64,000 bases of DNA from a virus, in the IMG/VR virus record IMGVR_UViG_3300035047_000236; one strand, 5' to 3'. The first letter of the stretch is position 1, and every line of letters begins with the position of its first letter. Shown piece by piece: positions 47,551 to 57,131 of the stretch. A program made the translations under genes and the position numbers. A model generated the notes under the pieces. It saw only the letters and a program-made list of their open reading frames with translations. It made no database searches and had not been told where the DNA came from.

Positions 47551-49143
47551 TTAAGCATTTCTTAAAATAGTAGACTCTGCTATTGAATAAGAAACGTTAC
47601 CCTTAATTACGAACAAGTCATTGTTAGCTCTAAAACCAAATGTCTGAGTTGCATTAGAACCTAGATCAAGTGTCATACCTTCATCAGTAATTTTTAGATT
47701 TTTAACTATAACTGTCTTAAGTGCATATTCTCTATCATTAACAGAATAAGTACCTTTTACACCGTCGTTAAAATAATCTTTACCGATTAAGGAACTTCCT
47801 CCAAGAACCTTTCTATTATCTCCAGTTCCTCCAGCTTCCTCATCTGTTTGCTCGAACACCTTAACAACAAGAACCAAATTACCTTTAGTCATCAAGTCTT
47901 TAATAGCAATATCATCAAAACTTGTATTACCAGAAGTATCAGATTCAGACAAATAATTGTCATGTTTTCCAGCAAATCTTGCCCAGTTCTCCAAATCACC
48001 TGCAGTAGAATCTACTGTTACTGTTATAGGTATTGGAAGAGTAAGCGGTCTATCATAAGGTGATAAATGTCCTAGCTCTGCCAACGGTTCTCTGGTAAGA
48101 TCCGCAGATATTGTTGCACCAGTTAAACGCCAAGCGTTAGCATACTCTCCTGCTCCTGCATCAGGGTCAACAATATAAACCTCTATCTGTCCCTGTCTTA
48201 GAGCACCAACATCAGATGGTCTAGTTGTTGGATCTTCGAGTGGAGTAAAATAGGTGTTCATAGACCCAGCATAAGCATCTGCTGAATATATTACCTGTAA
48301 TCTATCTCCTTCAGCAGGAACATTGGTGTCTGTTGGAAACCAAACCCTATGATCTGTCCCTGTATTTTCATAAACATACACACCTGATGCTGTTGTATCT
48401 CCTACAATTATTTCTACATTAGTCATAGTGTTTTCACTATCATCATAATGTGAAATTGCTGGAGCGCCTTGATCATCGGTTCTTAAAAAACCAATACCAG
48501 TAGATATCTCAGCTATACTTGCAGAAGGGTCTAGAGTTAGATCCACATAACCATCAACAATATCCTGAGCTGTTAAATCAAATTCATCAAAATTGATAAA
48601 TCTTCCTGCATTAAGAAACCATCTCTTATTATCTGTTTCTGCTCCATAGTTTTCAGTAGCGTTAGCACCAGTGGTGTAACTCAACTCAAAACTATTTACA
48701 TAAACTCTGTCTAGGAATAATGTTTGGTCAATATTATTAGCCAAAGTTCCTATAGAACATTCATCCTGAACAGGAGCCCATAAGGTTACACCTGTCAAGT
48801 TGCCGCATGTTACAGCGAAGTCAGCTAGAGCTACGCCATGTAGATATGTTGAACCAGATACCAAATTTGCATTGGTTGGGGTTGCAGTATATGCCATGTC
48901 TAGTTTTGCTGGAGCTACCTGTGATAATACGGCTAAGGTTTTTACATCACCAAAATCATTTGTGTTAAGTGTAACAGCTACTGCAGGTACATCATCAACG
49001 ACATCGATGATATCAAGTTGGCCTAGTTCAAAAACATCTTCACTTGTAAACGATGTAGTCGTACCTAATGATTGGACTCTGTAAAGAACCTCCCCATTAA
49101 TCCATACACTTTGTGATGCATATATTATTCTATTACGTGCCAT
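47551..49143 (-). CDS. major tail tube protein
   Basis: Position between terminator protein and chaperones/TMP. RVQSLGTTTSFTSEDVFELG...PAVAVTLN and a repeated internal AWRLTGATISADLTREPLAELG tube-like strand pattern. Strong RBS and downstream terminator imply high expression. Confidence 0.75.
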   Translation of the reverse strand: MARNRIIYASQSVWINGEVLYRVQSLGTTTSFTSEDVFELGQLDIIDVVDDVPAVAVTLNTNDFGDVKTLAVLSQVAPAKLDMAYTATPTNANLVSGSTYLHGVALADFAVTCGNLTGVTLWAPVQDECSIGTLANNIDQTLFLDRVYVNSFELSYTTGANATENYGAETDNKRWFLNAGRFINFDEFDLTAQDIVDGYVDLTLDPSASIAEISTGIGFLRTDDQGAPAISHYDDSENTMTNVEIIVGDTTASGVYVYENTGTDHRVWFPTDTNVPAEGDRLQVIYSADAYAGSMNTYFTPLEDPTTRPSDVGALRQGQIEVYIVDPDAGAGEYANAWRLTGATISADLTREPLAELGHLSPYDRPLTLPIPITVTVDSTAGDLENWARFAGKHDNYLSESDTSGNTSFDDIAIKDLMTKGNLVLVVKVFEQTDEEAGGTGDNRKVLGGSSLIGKDYFNDGVKGTYSVNDREYALKTVIVKNLKITDEGMTLDLGSNATQTFGFRANNDLFVIKGNVSYSIAESTILRNA

Positions 49144-49172
49144 ATTTAATTAATTCCTCCTATTTATTTTTA

Positions 49173-50576
49173 TCAAAAATTACTCAGGTTGGCGAGTAAA
49201 ACTTCGTCCTTGTTATCATTCACAAAACGAGGCAGTAATGTGTCTGATAAGCCTTTCCCGTCTTTAAATCTTATACTTTTTATATATCCACAATCATAAA
49301 TCGTATTATATTTGATGCCGTTTGAAGAACTAAATCTTCTTTTATTACTACTAAAAAACCAGGGCTTTGGTTTAATAAGTATATTATTAACAAAACCTAA
49401 ATTGTGTAATTCCTCAGTGCAAAATTCCCATCTTAAATCAAATGTTATGATAGTAAATTCTTTATCGAAACTTGAATCAATATACTCTAGTAGATTTTTA
49501 AATATATAATTCTTATAACTATAAAATTCTTTATCAACAACAAAAGTATCTATCGACAATCCCTCATAAAAACAACTTATTCCTGCCACACCTATAATCC
49601 TGTAATCATTAAACAAACCAACAACTTGATCAGCATGTTTATTAAAGTGTAACAAATTGTTTTTATCAGAAAAATATTTATATGTTTCTATACTTATAGA
49701 GGTTACATTAACAGATAAATGTTCGTTTTTTCTTCTACTTAATAAACCAGATAAAATTCCCTTAACTATATCCTTTTTACTTACCCACTCGTCTTCAAAT
49801 ATTGTTATTAACAAATATCCTTTTTCTTTACAAAGGATGAGTTTATTTAAATGGTAATCCTCTCCCTTTCCGAACCTATCTGAATGCCAATACAAACCAC
49901 AATATTCTATAGCTATTTTATATTTTTCAAGCAACAAATCAATTTCATATGGTTTTATTAATTTTCTATCGTTCTTGATTATGTTTTCTGTGTATATAGT
50001 TAAGAAGTCATACAACTCTTGTTCTGCTTTAGAAACACCAACAAAGTTACACTCTGTGCATCTTACGCCTTTAGAGTTCCAATTATCCCAAGAAACTGAG
50101 TATATGTGTCCATTACAACACATTACATCTAATAATTCTTTATTGTTGTTATAATCTTTACTTAATAATTTTTCGCCTGCTGAAGAAAAAGATTTACTTA
50201 TATAATTATATGAATGCTTTTCTTTTCCAGAGCACTTCATGCACCTATGCCCAACATTCCAATTGTTCCATGAGATACTTCCAAAATGGTTATTAGGACA
50301 TACATATTTTAGTTTTTGAGATGAGTTACTATAGTGATTAGTTATCAACCTATAACCATTAACTAAAAAATCTTCACGTATAAATTCTATTGTTAGTTTT
50401 CTATTTCCTGAACATTTTGAGCAACCAACACCTCTCCTTAAATGATCTATACGCATGCTACCAATGTGTCCTTTTGGGCAAACATAATCAAACCTTTGTT
50501 TACTATTAATATACTCGTCTGTAATTAATACAAACCCACGATCATAAAACTCTTTTCTTACATCGTCTATTCTCAT
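49173..50576 (-). CDS. free-standing homing-type endonuclease (Zn-ribbon repeats + Vsr/DUF559-like PD-(D/E)XK, Hef-like C-terminus)
   Basis: Three G(F/Y/E)xL...Y...CxxGH...CxxC repeats. YEIDLLLEKYKIAIEYCGLYWHSD...LITIFEDEW. Ends near IYDCG. Confidence 0.75.
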   Translation of the reverse strand: MRIDDVRKEFYDRGFVLITDEYINSKQRFDYVCPKGHIGSMRIDHLRRGVGCSKCSGNRKLTIEFIREDFLVNGYRLITNHYSNSSQKLKYVCPNNHFGSISWNNWNVGHRCMKCSGKEKHSYNYISKSFSSAGEKLLSKDYNNNKELLDVMCCNGHIYSVSWDNWNSKGVRCTECNFVGVSKAEQELYDFLTIYTENIIKNDRKLIKPYEIDLLLEKYKIAIEYCGLYWHSDRFGKGEDYHLNKLILCKEKGYLLITIFEDEWVSKKDIVKGILSGLLSRRKNEHLSVNVTSISIETYKYFSDKNNLLHFNKHADQVVGLFNDYRIIGVAGISCFYEGLSIDTFVVDKEFYSYKNYIFKNLLEYIDSSFDKEFTIITFDLRWEFCTEELHNLGFVNNILIKPKPWFFSSNKRRFSSSNGIKYNTIYDCGYIKSIRFKDGKGLSDTLLPRFVNDNKDEVLLANLSNF

Positions 50577-51520
50577 AATCTATTAAATGAAACCATGTCA
50601 AATGAGATTTTGGCCCTGAAATTGTTATAACCACTTAACATTACTTCGTTTCTATCTCTTGTCAACATATCAGGCATTCTAACGTTTCTTGCTACCACAT
50701 TATCAAACCTTAACCCTCCTATAGTCTCTCCTAAATTGCTTAATGTGTTCCTACTAAACAGTGTTGATCCCCTGTCATAATTATCTTTTCTTCCATAAAA
50801 AGTACCATCGTAGTCAAGAACGTCCCCAGTAGGAAATTCATATATTGGTGCAGATTTAAGATATAATCCATTATATATCACATCAATAAGATCTGTTCTT
50901 TCAGAAGAAGAACCAGCAAAAATATGAAGGTCTACTGTAGGATTATTTTTTGAGCCTGGGCCAAGTTGATAGCCTTCTTTTGATATACCATTTATATCTA
51001 TAACTACTATAGGTGGTTTTGCGGTTCTAACTAAAGACCATTCATCAACCACACTCACATAGTTCCAATAATAATCAACAAATTTAGGAACTATTAATTC
51101 GTCTGATGTTATAATTCTACAGTCAAGGTAATCTATAACATAGTTTTCATTAGGTATAGTATTTAAATACTCATCATAAACATTTACTCTATTTATTTGT
51201 TCTGGTGTTCCATAACAAAAATTTCCTGAAGCATCTGTTCCACTTACAACAACAAATTCTGGAGAACAAGTATTATCACTATATACACAATAACCGTTGC
51301 TATCATAATTAGGACAATCAAAAAACAACCACCCTCTACCAACATCAGTAGAATTTTGAAACTCTGTGTCTACAAGAGTTTGATAAACGAAACTGTTATC
51401 ATATGAAATATCTCTGATGATCTCTAATTCTGCCCCTTGTTCTGACTCCACGAACTCTCTAAGAACAGTATCTTTTATATATCTATGTAAACTAGTCGTT
51501 TCTTTTCTTAGTCTATTCAT
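50573..51520 (-). CDS. putative tail terminator/completion protein
   Basis: PPIVVID...EGYQLG...VDLHIFAGSSSERTDLIDVIYNGL, a terminator-like pattern. Lies upstream of the tube. Confidence 0.55.
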   Translation of the reverse strand: MNRLRKETTSLHRYIKDTVLREFVESEQGAELEIIRDISYDNSFVYQTLVDTEFQNSTDVGRGWLFFDCPNYDSNGYCVYSDNTCSPEFVVVSGTDASGNFCYGTPEQINRVNVYDEYLNTIPNENYVIDYLDCRIITSDELIVPKFVDYYWNYVSVVDEWSLVRTAKPPIVVIDINGISKEGYQLGPGSKNNPTVDLHIFAGSSSERTDLIDVIYNGLYLKSAPIYEFPTGDVLDYDGTFYGRKDNYDRGSTLFSRNTLSNLGETIGGLRFDNVVARNVRMPDMLTRDRNEVMLSGYNNFRAKISFDMVSFNRL

Positions 51521-52149
51521 TCTAAGTCCAACTTTCTATATTTTTGATTTACTTCTTTAGTACACCTATCTACAACTACATTAACCCATGAATCTAAATT
51601 TTCTGTAATATAATCATCTAATTTTCCAAAAACTACATCATACAAAGGAGGAACATCTGAAAAAGGAAAAAGTATGGGGGGCTTATTAAGAACATTTCTA
51701 ATAAGATCCATAACATAATCATTTTTTTCTATTATACAAAACAACTCTCCTTCAGCATCTAAATCGTTTATTATATATACTGGATACTCCACATTTAGTA
51801 TATCATAATCAGAATGAGATATTTCCAGGTATTCACCAGGTATACCTTCAAAAAGCATTCTTATTGTATCAAGACCAGTAAAATCAAAGTTCTCCATATC
51901 TGGAGTAACAAACTTTAACTCTCCATATGTAGATAAAAAATTAAAACTATCTAAAGCTATTTCAAACCTCTCTTTAAAAAGTCCTGGATCAGCCTTACTG
52001 TTTCCATCGTAAAGCATATAATCATATAAATCATCATAGTAACTAAGAAGAAGTTCCTTAGCTTTAGGAACCTTTCTCTCTAATTCCTTTATTACTTCAG
52101 ATCTTATAAGATCATTTATATTATTAACAGCTCTCTTTAGTTTCATCAA
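51517..52149 (-). CDS. hypothetical neck-region protein
   Basis: 210 aa, ATGA overlaps on both sides, acidic. Confidence 0.5.
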   Translation of the reverse strand: MMKLKRAVNNINDLIRSEVIKELERKVPKAKELLLSYYDDLYDYMLYDGNSKADPGLFKERFEIALDSFNFLSTYGELKFVTPDMENFDFTGLDTIRMLFEGIPGEYLEISHSDYDILNVEYPVYIINDLDAEGELFCIIEKNDYVMDLIRNVLNKPPILFPFSDVPPLYDVVFGKLDDYITENLDSWVNVVVDRCTKEVNQKYRKLDLE

Positions 52150-52733
52150 TACCTCTTATTAAAAATATCTTTTTCATTGTCTTCATGTATAGTAAAAAGT
52201 GTAACTACTAAAACAGCTCCTCCGCCTATGCCTCTAATTACTGGAACTTTTGATAATTTACAATTCATACCATCAACTACTACTTTATCACAAGCACTAA
52301 AAAGTTCTATATATTTAGGATCTGTTTTTAATTCTACAAGAACTGCTCCTGAAGATCCTGCTGGTGTATAAGTTATATAATTATTTCTGTTCTCAGGATT
52401 CCATATAACTAAGGCTTCCACAAAAACTTTCCTTTGGACCTCATTATGTCCTTTACCTTTGCAAACAGGGCATCTGCCAAACTTAAAAAATTTATATCTA
52501 ATACCCATTCCTCCTGCAGCTTCATATTCGCTTTGTTTAGAATCTGCTTCTTCTTTTGTCCATTTACACTTTCCTGTTGAACTATTAGTGGCTTTATCAT
52601 AAAAACAATTAAAACATTCATTTTTTACAGGATTTTTATATACTGTTACTTTCCTACTCAAACCGTCTATCACATCAGCGATAGCTCTCTTAAATCTGTT
52701 TCTAGTTTTTTCGTGTATTCTTCGCCTTACCAT
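52146..52733 (-). CDS. putative head-closure protein with zinc-finger insertion
   Basis: CFNC and CPVCKGKG pairs. C-terminal beta pattern VVVDGMNCKLSKVPVIRGIG. Neck position. Confidence 0.45.
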   Translation of the reverse strand: MVRRRIHEKTRNRFKRAIADVIDGLSRKVTVYKNPVKNECFNCFYDKATNSSTGKCKWTKEEADSKQSEYEAAGGMGIRYKFFKFGRCPVCKGKGHNEVQRKVFVEALVIWNPENRNNYITYTPAGSSGAVLVELKTDPKYIELFSACDKVVVDGMNCKLSKVPVIRGIGGGAVLVVTLFTIHEDNEKDIFNKRY

Positions 52734-52746
52734 GATTTTTCCTTCA

Positions 52747-53739
52747 TTAGTCTATTAGAACGCCTGAAATACCTCTAAACATAAGAGTTTTAACTACTGA
52801 CTTTAATTCTTTTTCTAAATCATCTAATATATCTTTTCTTATTTTTTGTCCGCCTTCTGGGACATACACGCTACCTTCGTCTTTTACCATAGCGCCATCT
52901 TCAGTAGCATCCTCCAACAGCTCTTTTCTTATTAAATCAATAGAAGTCTGTAAAATATATATCTGGGTTGTTGCTGTATCATTAGTTATGCCTGGAGGGG
53001 GCATGCACGTGTCGTAAGCATATAAAATTTGTTTGTCGCTGTTTCTAAATGTATAGTACCAAACATCCACACTTTTTCTTACCCTTTCTGTTACTTCGTC
53101 TCCACATAAAGTAGTGCTTGTCTCATCACTTATGCATACATCAGAAACTTTTTGATCAAATTTCAAATATCTATAGCCATTAACAACAGGGCTGTCTAAA
53201 GAATTAAAATTTACGCCAGACATATTAATAAATATAGGCCAACCTTTTTCAGAAAGCTCATAAGTCTTACCGTCTGGATGAACATTCTTTAAAGCCTCTT
53301 CACCATAATCTCTTCTTATACCTAAAGGATCTCCTATATATATCCTGATTCTCTTTATTATTGCCTTTTCTTCATCTGTAAGCTCTGTTTCAGGTGGATA
53401 CGCTGGATTATAGTATACATCCCCATACTCACCAAGAACAGGTTCAGACCAGCCACTGTAAGACCATGTAGTAGTATCATAGTATCTAGAGCTGTACCAA
53501 CTTAAATCCTCTCCCTCTGGGTCATAAGTATAATAAGTATTATTGTCTACAGATAAATTTATTGGGCAAGGAAAAGCATTAGTTCCTGAAATAACTGCCC
53601 AATTAGTAAGTTCATATATATCACCAACAGGTGTTGATGGTTTATCTATAGTATCAATATAGTACTTTACTACTTGTATTTGGTCATAAACTTGATATAT
53701 TGTAAATATATCATCTACTATAAAAGTTAATCCTATCAT
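52747..53739 (-). CDS. putative head-tail adaptor protein
   Basis: IIKRIRIYIGD, YTFRNSDKQILYAY and a C-terminal helix with GVLID. Position in the neck cluster. Confidence 0.5.
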   Translation of the reverse strand: MIGLTFIVDDIFTIYQVYDQIQVVKYYIDTIDKPSTPVGDIYELTNWAVISGTNAFPCPINLSVDNNTYYTYDPEGEDLSWYSSRYYDTTTWSYSGWSEPVLGEYGDVYYNPAYPPETELTDEEKAIIKRIRIYIGDPLGIRRDYGEEALKNVHPDGKTYELSEKGWPIFINMSGVNFNSLDSPVVNGYRYLKFDQKVSDVCISDETSTTLCGDEVTERVRKSVDVWYYTFRNSDKQILYAYDTCMPPPGITNDTATTQIYILQTSIDLIRKELLEDATEDGAMVKDEGSVYVPEGGQKIRKDILDDLEKELKSVVKTLMFRGISGVLID

Positions 53740-53757
53740 TTTTTATATTCCTCCGAT

Positions 53758-55941
53758 CTATGAAGAAGGTTGAATTCCTTTTATGTATGTTGTTGTAAAA
53801 TTAGGATTGTTTACTGGTACTGGAACCATCTCACCAACAATCAATTTGACATCATCTATATAGAAAGATACATTATCAGTAAATGAAAAAATTAATTCAT
53901 TTACATAGCAAGGCCAACCTATTTCATCTTCATTTCTACTAAGATCAAATCTTTCTAAATTTATTAATACCTTTTGCCATGTTTTAAGTCTGTTTGTTTT
54001 TACATAGCTTACTATATTTAAAGATTTACCTCTATTATCCTGATTACTATGTAATTTAATTTTAGAATTTCCTGCGCCTTTCCAACTTCTAATATTTATC
54101 CAGAAAGACAAGAAATTAAATTTATTTATATCTACTAAGTTGTTATTTGTATTAGTAAACCTTACATTACTACCTATATTTGCTGAAACCAATAAACCAT
54201 TTGTTCCATCAAATGCTGCTAACGATGATTCATTGCCAACTCCGTGGTGATTCCAATCCCCTCTCTTATCTAATATACCAGTACCATTCCATATAGTCAA
54301 TACATCAGTAGAATAATCACAAACTTTATCAATAAATAAAATATTGTTATCGTTACCTGTAGTTCCAGTTCCATAAACATAACCTTCTATATTATAGAAA
54401 CCTTCAGAAGTAAAACATATAGATCTATTATTTTGGTATATATTTTTTGGGCTTTCCCAAAGAAGATTCCATGGACCTGTTTCATCTTCTCCATGAAAAA
54501 CCAACCACTTATAACTATCTACTGTACCGTCACTAGAAGTACCTATTATATCCATATTATAATAACATTCTTCTTGATAAATATGCACAGCAGTTTTAAA
54601 AACAAGGTTTTTAGTTATAAAAGAGGTCTTTGTATCCCAACCATCAGTCCACTCTGCTTCCAAATCTATAGTATATGATGAAAGATCTGGAGACACCTTA
54701 AATAAATATGAAAAATTTTTGTCTGTATCTGATACACTTATATTTTCATGAGCGGCTGTCCATGTATATTCTATATGATTAGGTAAACCTTTACCCACCA
54801 TAGTTCTATTAGTAGATGTATTAGTAAATGTTACTTCTTCACCTACTATTGCATACTGTGGACTTTGTGTAAAATCTAAGGCGGGGGCTGAAAATTTCCT
54901 TTGGTTAAAAGTTTTTGTAAAAGAAGTTTCTATATCCTCAAAACCATCATTCCATAAAACAACTATATTTACATCATGATCTCCTGGATTAGTAAAAGCC
55001 CCTGAATTTTTAGCAACACCATACCAACTAGTACCTAAACCAGAGATGTGATCAACAATAACATCTCTATCACTAACTAAAGATGTATTAGTATTACCAT
55101 AGCTACCAGAATCATTTATGACCCAACTAATCTCTTTTATAGTATTGTATGTGTCAGTACCAGAGTATCTAAAACTTACTTGTTGGTTTGGGTTTGGGTT
55201 TGAAGGAATCATTTCTATATCAATAGAAGGCTGTTCATATTTGATTTTTACAGAATCAGAAGAAGACGAGCTATTACCACAAACATCAAAAACTTCTAAT
55301 AAGAGGGTATATATACCAGGACTTATCCATTTATAATTAAAATTTGATGTCCCAGAGATTTCATCTGTGTTTCCATCTCCAAAAGACACATCAGTTTTAT
55401 ATATATGAGAATTAGAATTTATATCTTGGCCATACTTTGTTCCAATTTGATATAAAGATGTATCATTAAATGTCCAGCTATTATAATCATTACTATTATT
55501 AACTACACTATAAGTATTATTTACATAGGCATCTTCGGGTATATTGTGAGACCAAATAATGTTAGGAGGTAAATCTACCATTGTTTGTACGTCTGTATTA
55601 TACACAGAAGAACCATCCATAGTTATCTCTAATACTGACCATTCCGGTATATCCACACAAAAGGCTAATCTATTATCGCTGCCTGTCCAAAACACTATTA
55701 AAACCTTATCTCCTGAGTTTATTATACCTGTCTGACTTAGAAAATCACCATCTCCAAGATTTAGTGCATAATAACCATTAGTTTCTGTAGTTCTAACACT
55801 GTTCCATTTCTGTGCGCTGGATGCTGGGTTTACAGGATAAAAAAATGATTGGTAAAAAACATTATCACTAGATAAAACTCCGTCCTTATCATAAACAAAA
55901 CCGGCAAAAGAGATATTTACAGACAAAATTATTCCCCCCAA
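53758..55941 (-). CDS. PKD/Ig-domain virion surface protein with possible C-terminal carbohydrate-binding-like domain
   Basis: SFGDGNT...YKWISPGIYTLLLEV and APALDFTQSPQYAIVGEEVTFTNTS are PKD-type patterns. C-terminal FLSFWIN...WQKVLINL...FYIDDVKL resembles a CBM-like sandwich. Confidence 0.6.
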   Translation of the reverse strand: MGGIILSVNISFAGFVYDKDGVLSSDNVFYQSFFYPVNPASSAQKWNSVRTTETNGYYALNLGDGDFLSQTGIINSGDKVLIVFWTGSDNRLAFCVDIPEWSVLEITMDGSSVYNTDVQTMVDLPPNIIWSHNIPEDAYVNNTYSVVNNSNDYNSWTFNDTSLYQIGTKYGQDINSNSHIYKTDVSFGDGNTDEISGTSNFNYKWISPGIYTLLLEVFDVCGNSSSSSDSVKIKYEQPSIDIEMIPSNPNPNQQVSFRYSGTDTYNTIKEISWVINDSGSYGNTNTSLVSDRDVIVDHISGLGTSWYGVAKNSGAFTNPGDHDVNIVVLWNDGFEDIETSFTKTFNQRKFSAPALDFTQSPQYAIVGEEVTFTNTSTNRTMVGKGLPNHIEYTWTAAHENISVSDTDKNFSYLFKVSPDLSSYTIDLEAEWTDGWDTKTSFITKNLVFKTAVHIYQEECYYNMDIIGTSSDGTVDSYKWLVFHGEDETGPWNLLWESPKNIYQNNRSICFTSEGFYNIEGYVYGTGTTGNDNNILFIDKVCDYSTDVLTIWNGTGILDKRGDWNHHGVGNESSLAAFDGTNGLLVSANIGSNVRFTNTNNNLVDINKFNFLSFWINIRSWKGAGNSKIKLHSNQDNRGKSLNIVSYVKTNRLKTWQKVLINLERFDLSRNEDEIGWPCYVNELIFSFTDNVSFYIDDVKLIVGEMVPVPVNNPNFTTTYIKGIQPSS

Positions 55942-56357
55942 CTAATTACATAAGGACCATTTACCCCTATTATATTAATCCAAAACCCAGAAACTTCATA
56001 ATGATCTCCATCACTATAAATTAAATTAAAATTGTGTGGGGAACTTTCAGGAGTAACTCCTGGTATAAAAGAATAAAAAGCCTGTGAATCTCCAGTATAA
56101 GTATTTGCTACACCAATTATATCTTGTCCATAAAGATCTGTAATCTGATCCAAAACATAATTTTTGAATCTAGATCTTATATTGGAGTTATGTATGTGTT
56201 TATGAGATACAGAATCCCAATATCCGAACATGACCGGAATAGCTATCAATTGCCATCCGTATTCAAGTTCTATAGTTCCTTCACACAAACTTATATCGCT
56301 TTTATATTTATATGACCATAAATTATGACCACCTGATACTAAAGTCCTTACATCCAT
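55929..56357 (-). CDS. hypothetical virion protein
   Basis: 142 aa, coupled to its neighbours. Confidence 0.55.
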   Translation of the reverse strand: MDVRTLVSGGHNLWSYKYKSDISLCEGTIELEYGWQLIAIPVMFGYWDSVSHKHIHNSNIRSRFKNYVLDQITDLYGQDIIGVANTYTGDSQAFYSFIPGVTPESSPHNFNLIYSDGDHYEVSGFWINIIGVNGPYVISWGE

Positions 56358-56882
56358 CTAAACACCAGCTCCCATCATATAAGGTAGATCATCGTCAATG
56401 TTTCTATAGTAAGCGTATGATATGCCTGAACTTACAGGGTTTGTCCAATCAAAGTCATCATCTCTCTTAACTGCAGATACAACATAATCAGTCTTTCCTA
56501 TACCTACTTTTCTTATTTGTTGAGATTCAGTTATATCCTCATTTGTTCTAATAATGTCCATTACAAAAACATTATGAGGTGCATCTATTATATAATTATC
56601 ATACTTATCATATACCACTATAGTTTCAGTATTTGTTATAAAACCAGAACAAGTAACATAAAATATGTAATTTCCTGGATCATCTAAACTTAACTCTTCT
56701 AAATATATGCCCTCGGAAATAGATGATTCGCTAAGTGAACCACTTACTGGCGGAATCAGTTCGTTACCATAAACATCCCTTACGTCATAATTTACAGTTT
56801 CATTACTTATCAATTTCCCCAAATGGTCATCAAAAAGAGATACAGTTATAGGAAAAACTACTCCCTTGGGAATTTTTATCAT
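56358..56882 (-). CDS. hypothetical virion protein (Ig-like strand pattern)
   Basis: GIYLEELSLDDPGNYIFYVTC. Confidence 0.5.
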   Translation of the reverse strand: MIKIPKGVVFPITVSLFDDHLGKLISNETVNYDVRDVYGNELIPPVSGSLSESSISEGIYLEELSLDDPGNYIFYVTCSGFITNTETIVVYDKYDNYIIDAPHNVFVMDIIRTNEDITESQQIRKVGIGKTDYVVSAVKRDDDFDWTNPVSSGISYAYYRNIDDDLPYMMGAGV

Positions 56883-56912
56883 TTTAGTATCTCCAAACCT
56901 ATCTACTTGTTT

Positions 56913-57062
56913 TTATTTTTTGTTAACGGAAAAAACACTATTACATCTTTCACAAGAAAACACTGTTAGTGTTTTATAAGCCTGTATTTTATGCCCAGCC
57001 TTATGAAAATTAAAAGTACAAAATAAAATTCTTAACATAAAATTATAAATATTAGAAAACAT
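56913..57062 (-). CDS. small zinc-binding protein (49 aa)
   Basis: ATG at 57062 follows GGAGG. LFCTFNFH...CERC. The track start at 57110 lies inside the terminator stem. Confidence 0.55.
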   Translation of the reverse strand: MFSNIYNFMLRILFCTFNFHKAGHKIQAYKTLTVFSCERCNSVFSVNKK

Positions 57063-57081
57063 AATACCTCCATAATCTATT

Positions 57082-57116
57082 AAAAAATAAGGTGAGTGGG
57101 GAATCCCCACTCACCC
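57082..57116 (-). terminator. intrinsic terminator
   Basis: Inverted repeat ggtgagtgggga / tccccactcacc (57091-57102 / 57104-57115), followed by TTATTTTTT on the minus strand just after the fibre gene stop. Confidence 0.85.
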
Positions 57117-57131
57117 AAGTATTTATAAAAA

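Noticed and set aside
49173-49290. Possible structured RNA leader upstream of the tube gene (ttactc/gagtaa hairpin and a weak neighbour)
   Set aside because: Stems are short and AT-rich, and cannot be distinguished from chance without covariation data.
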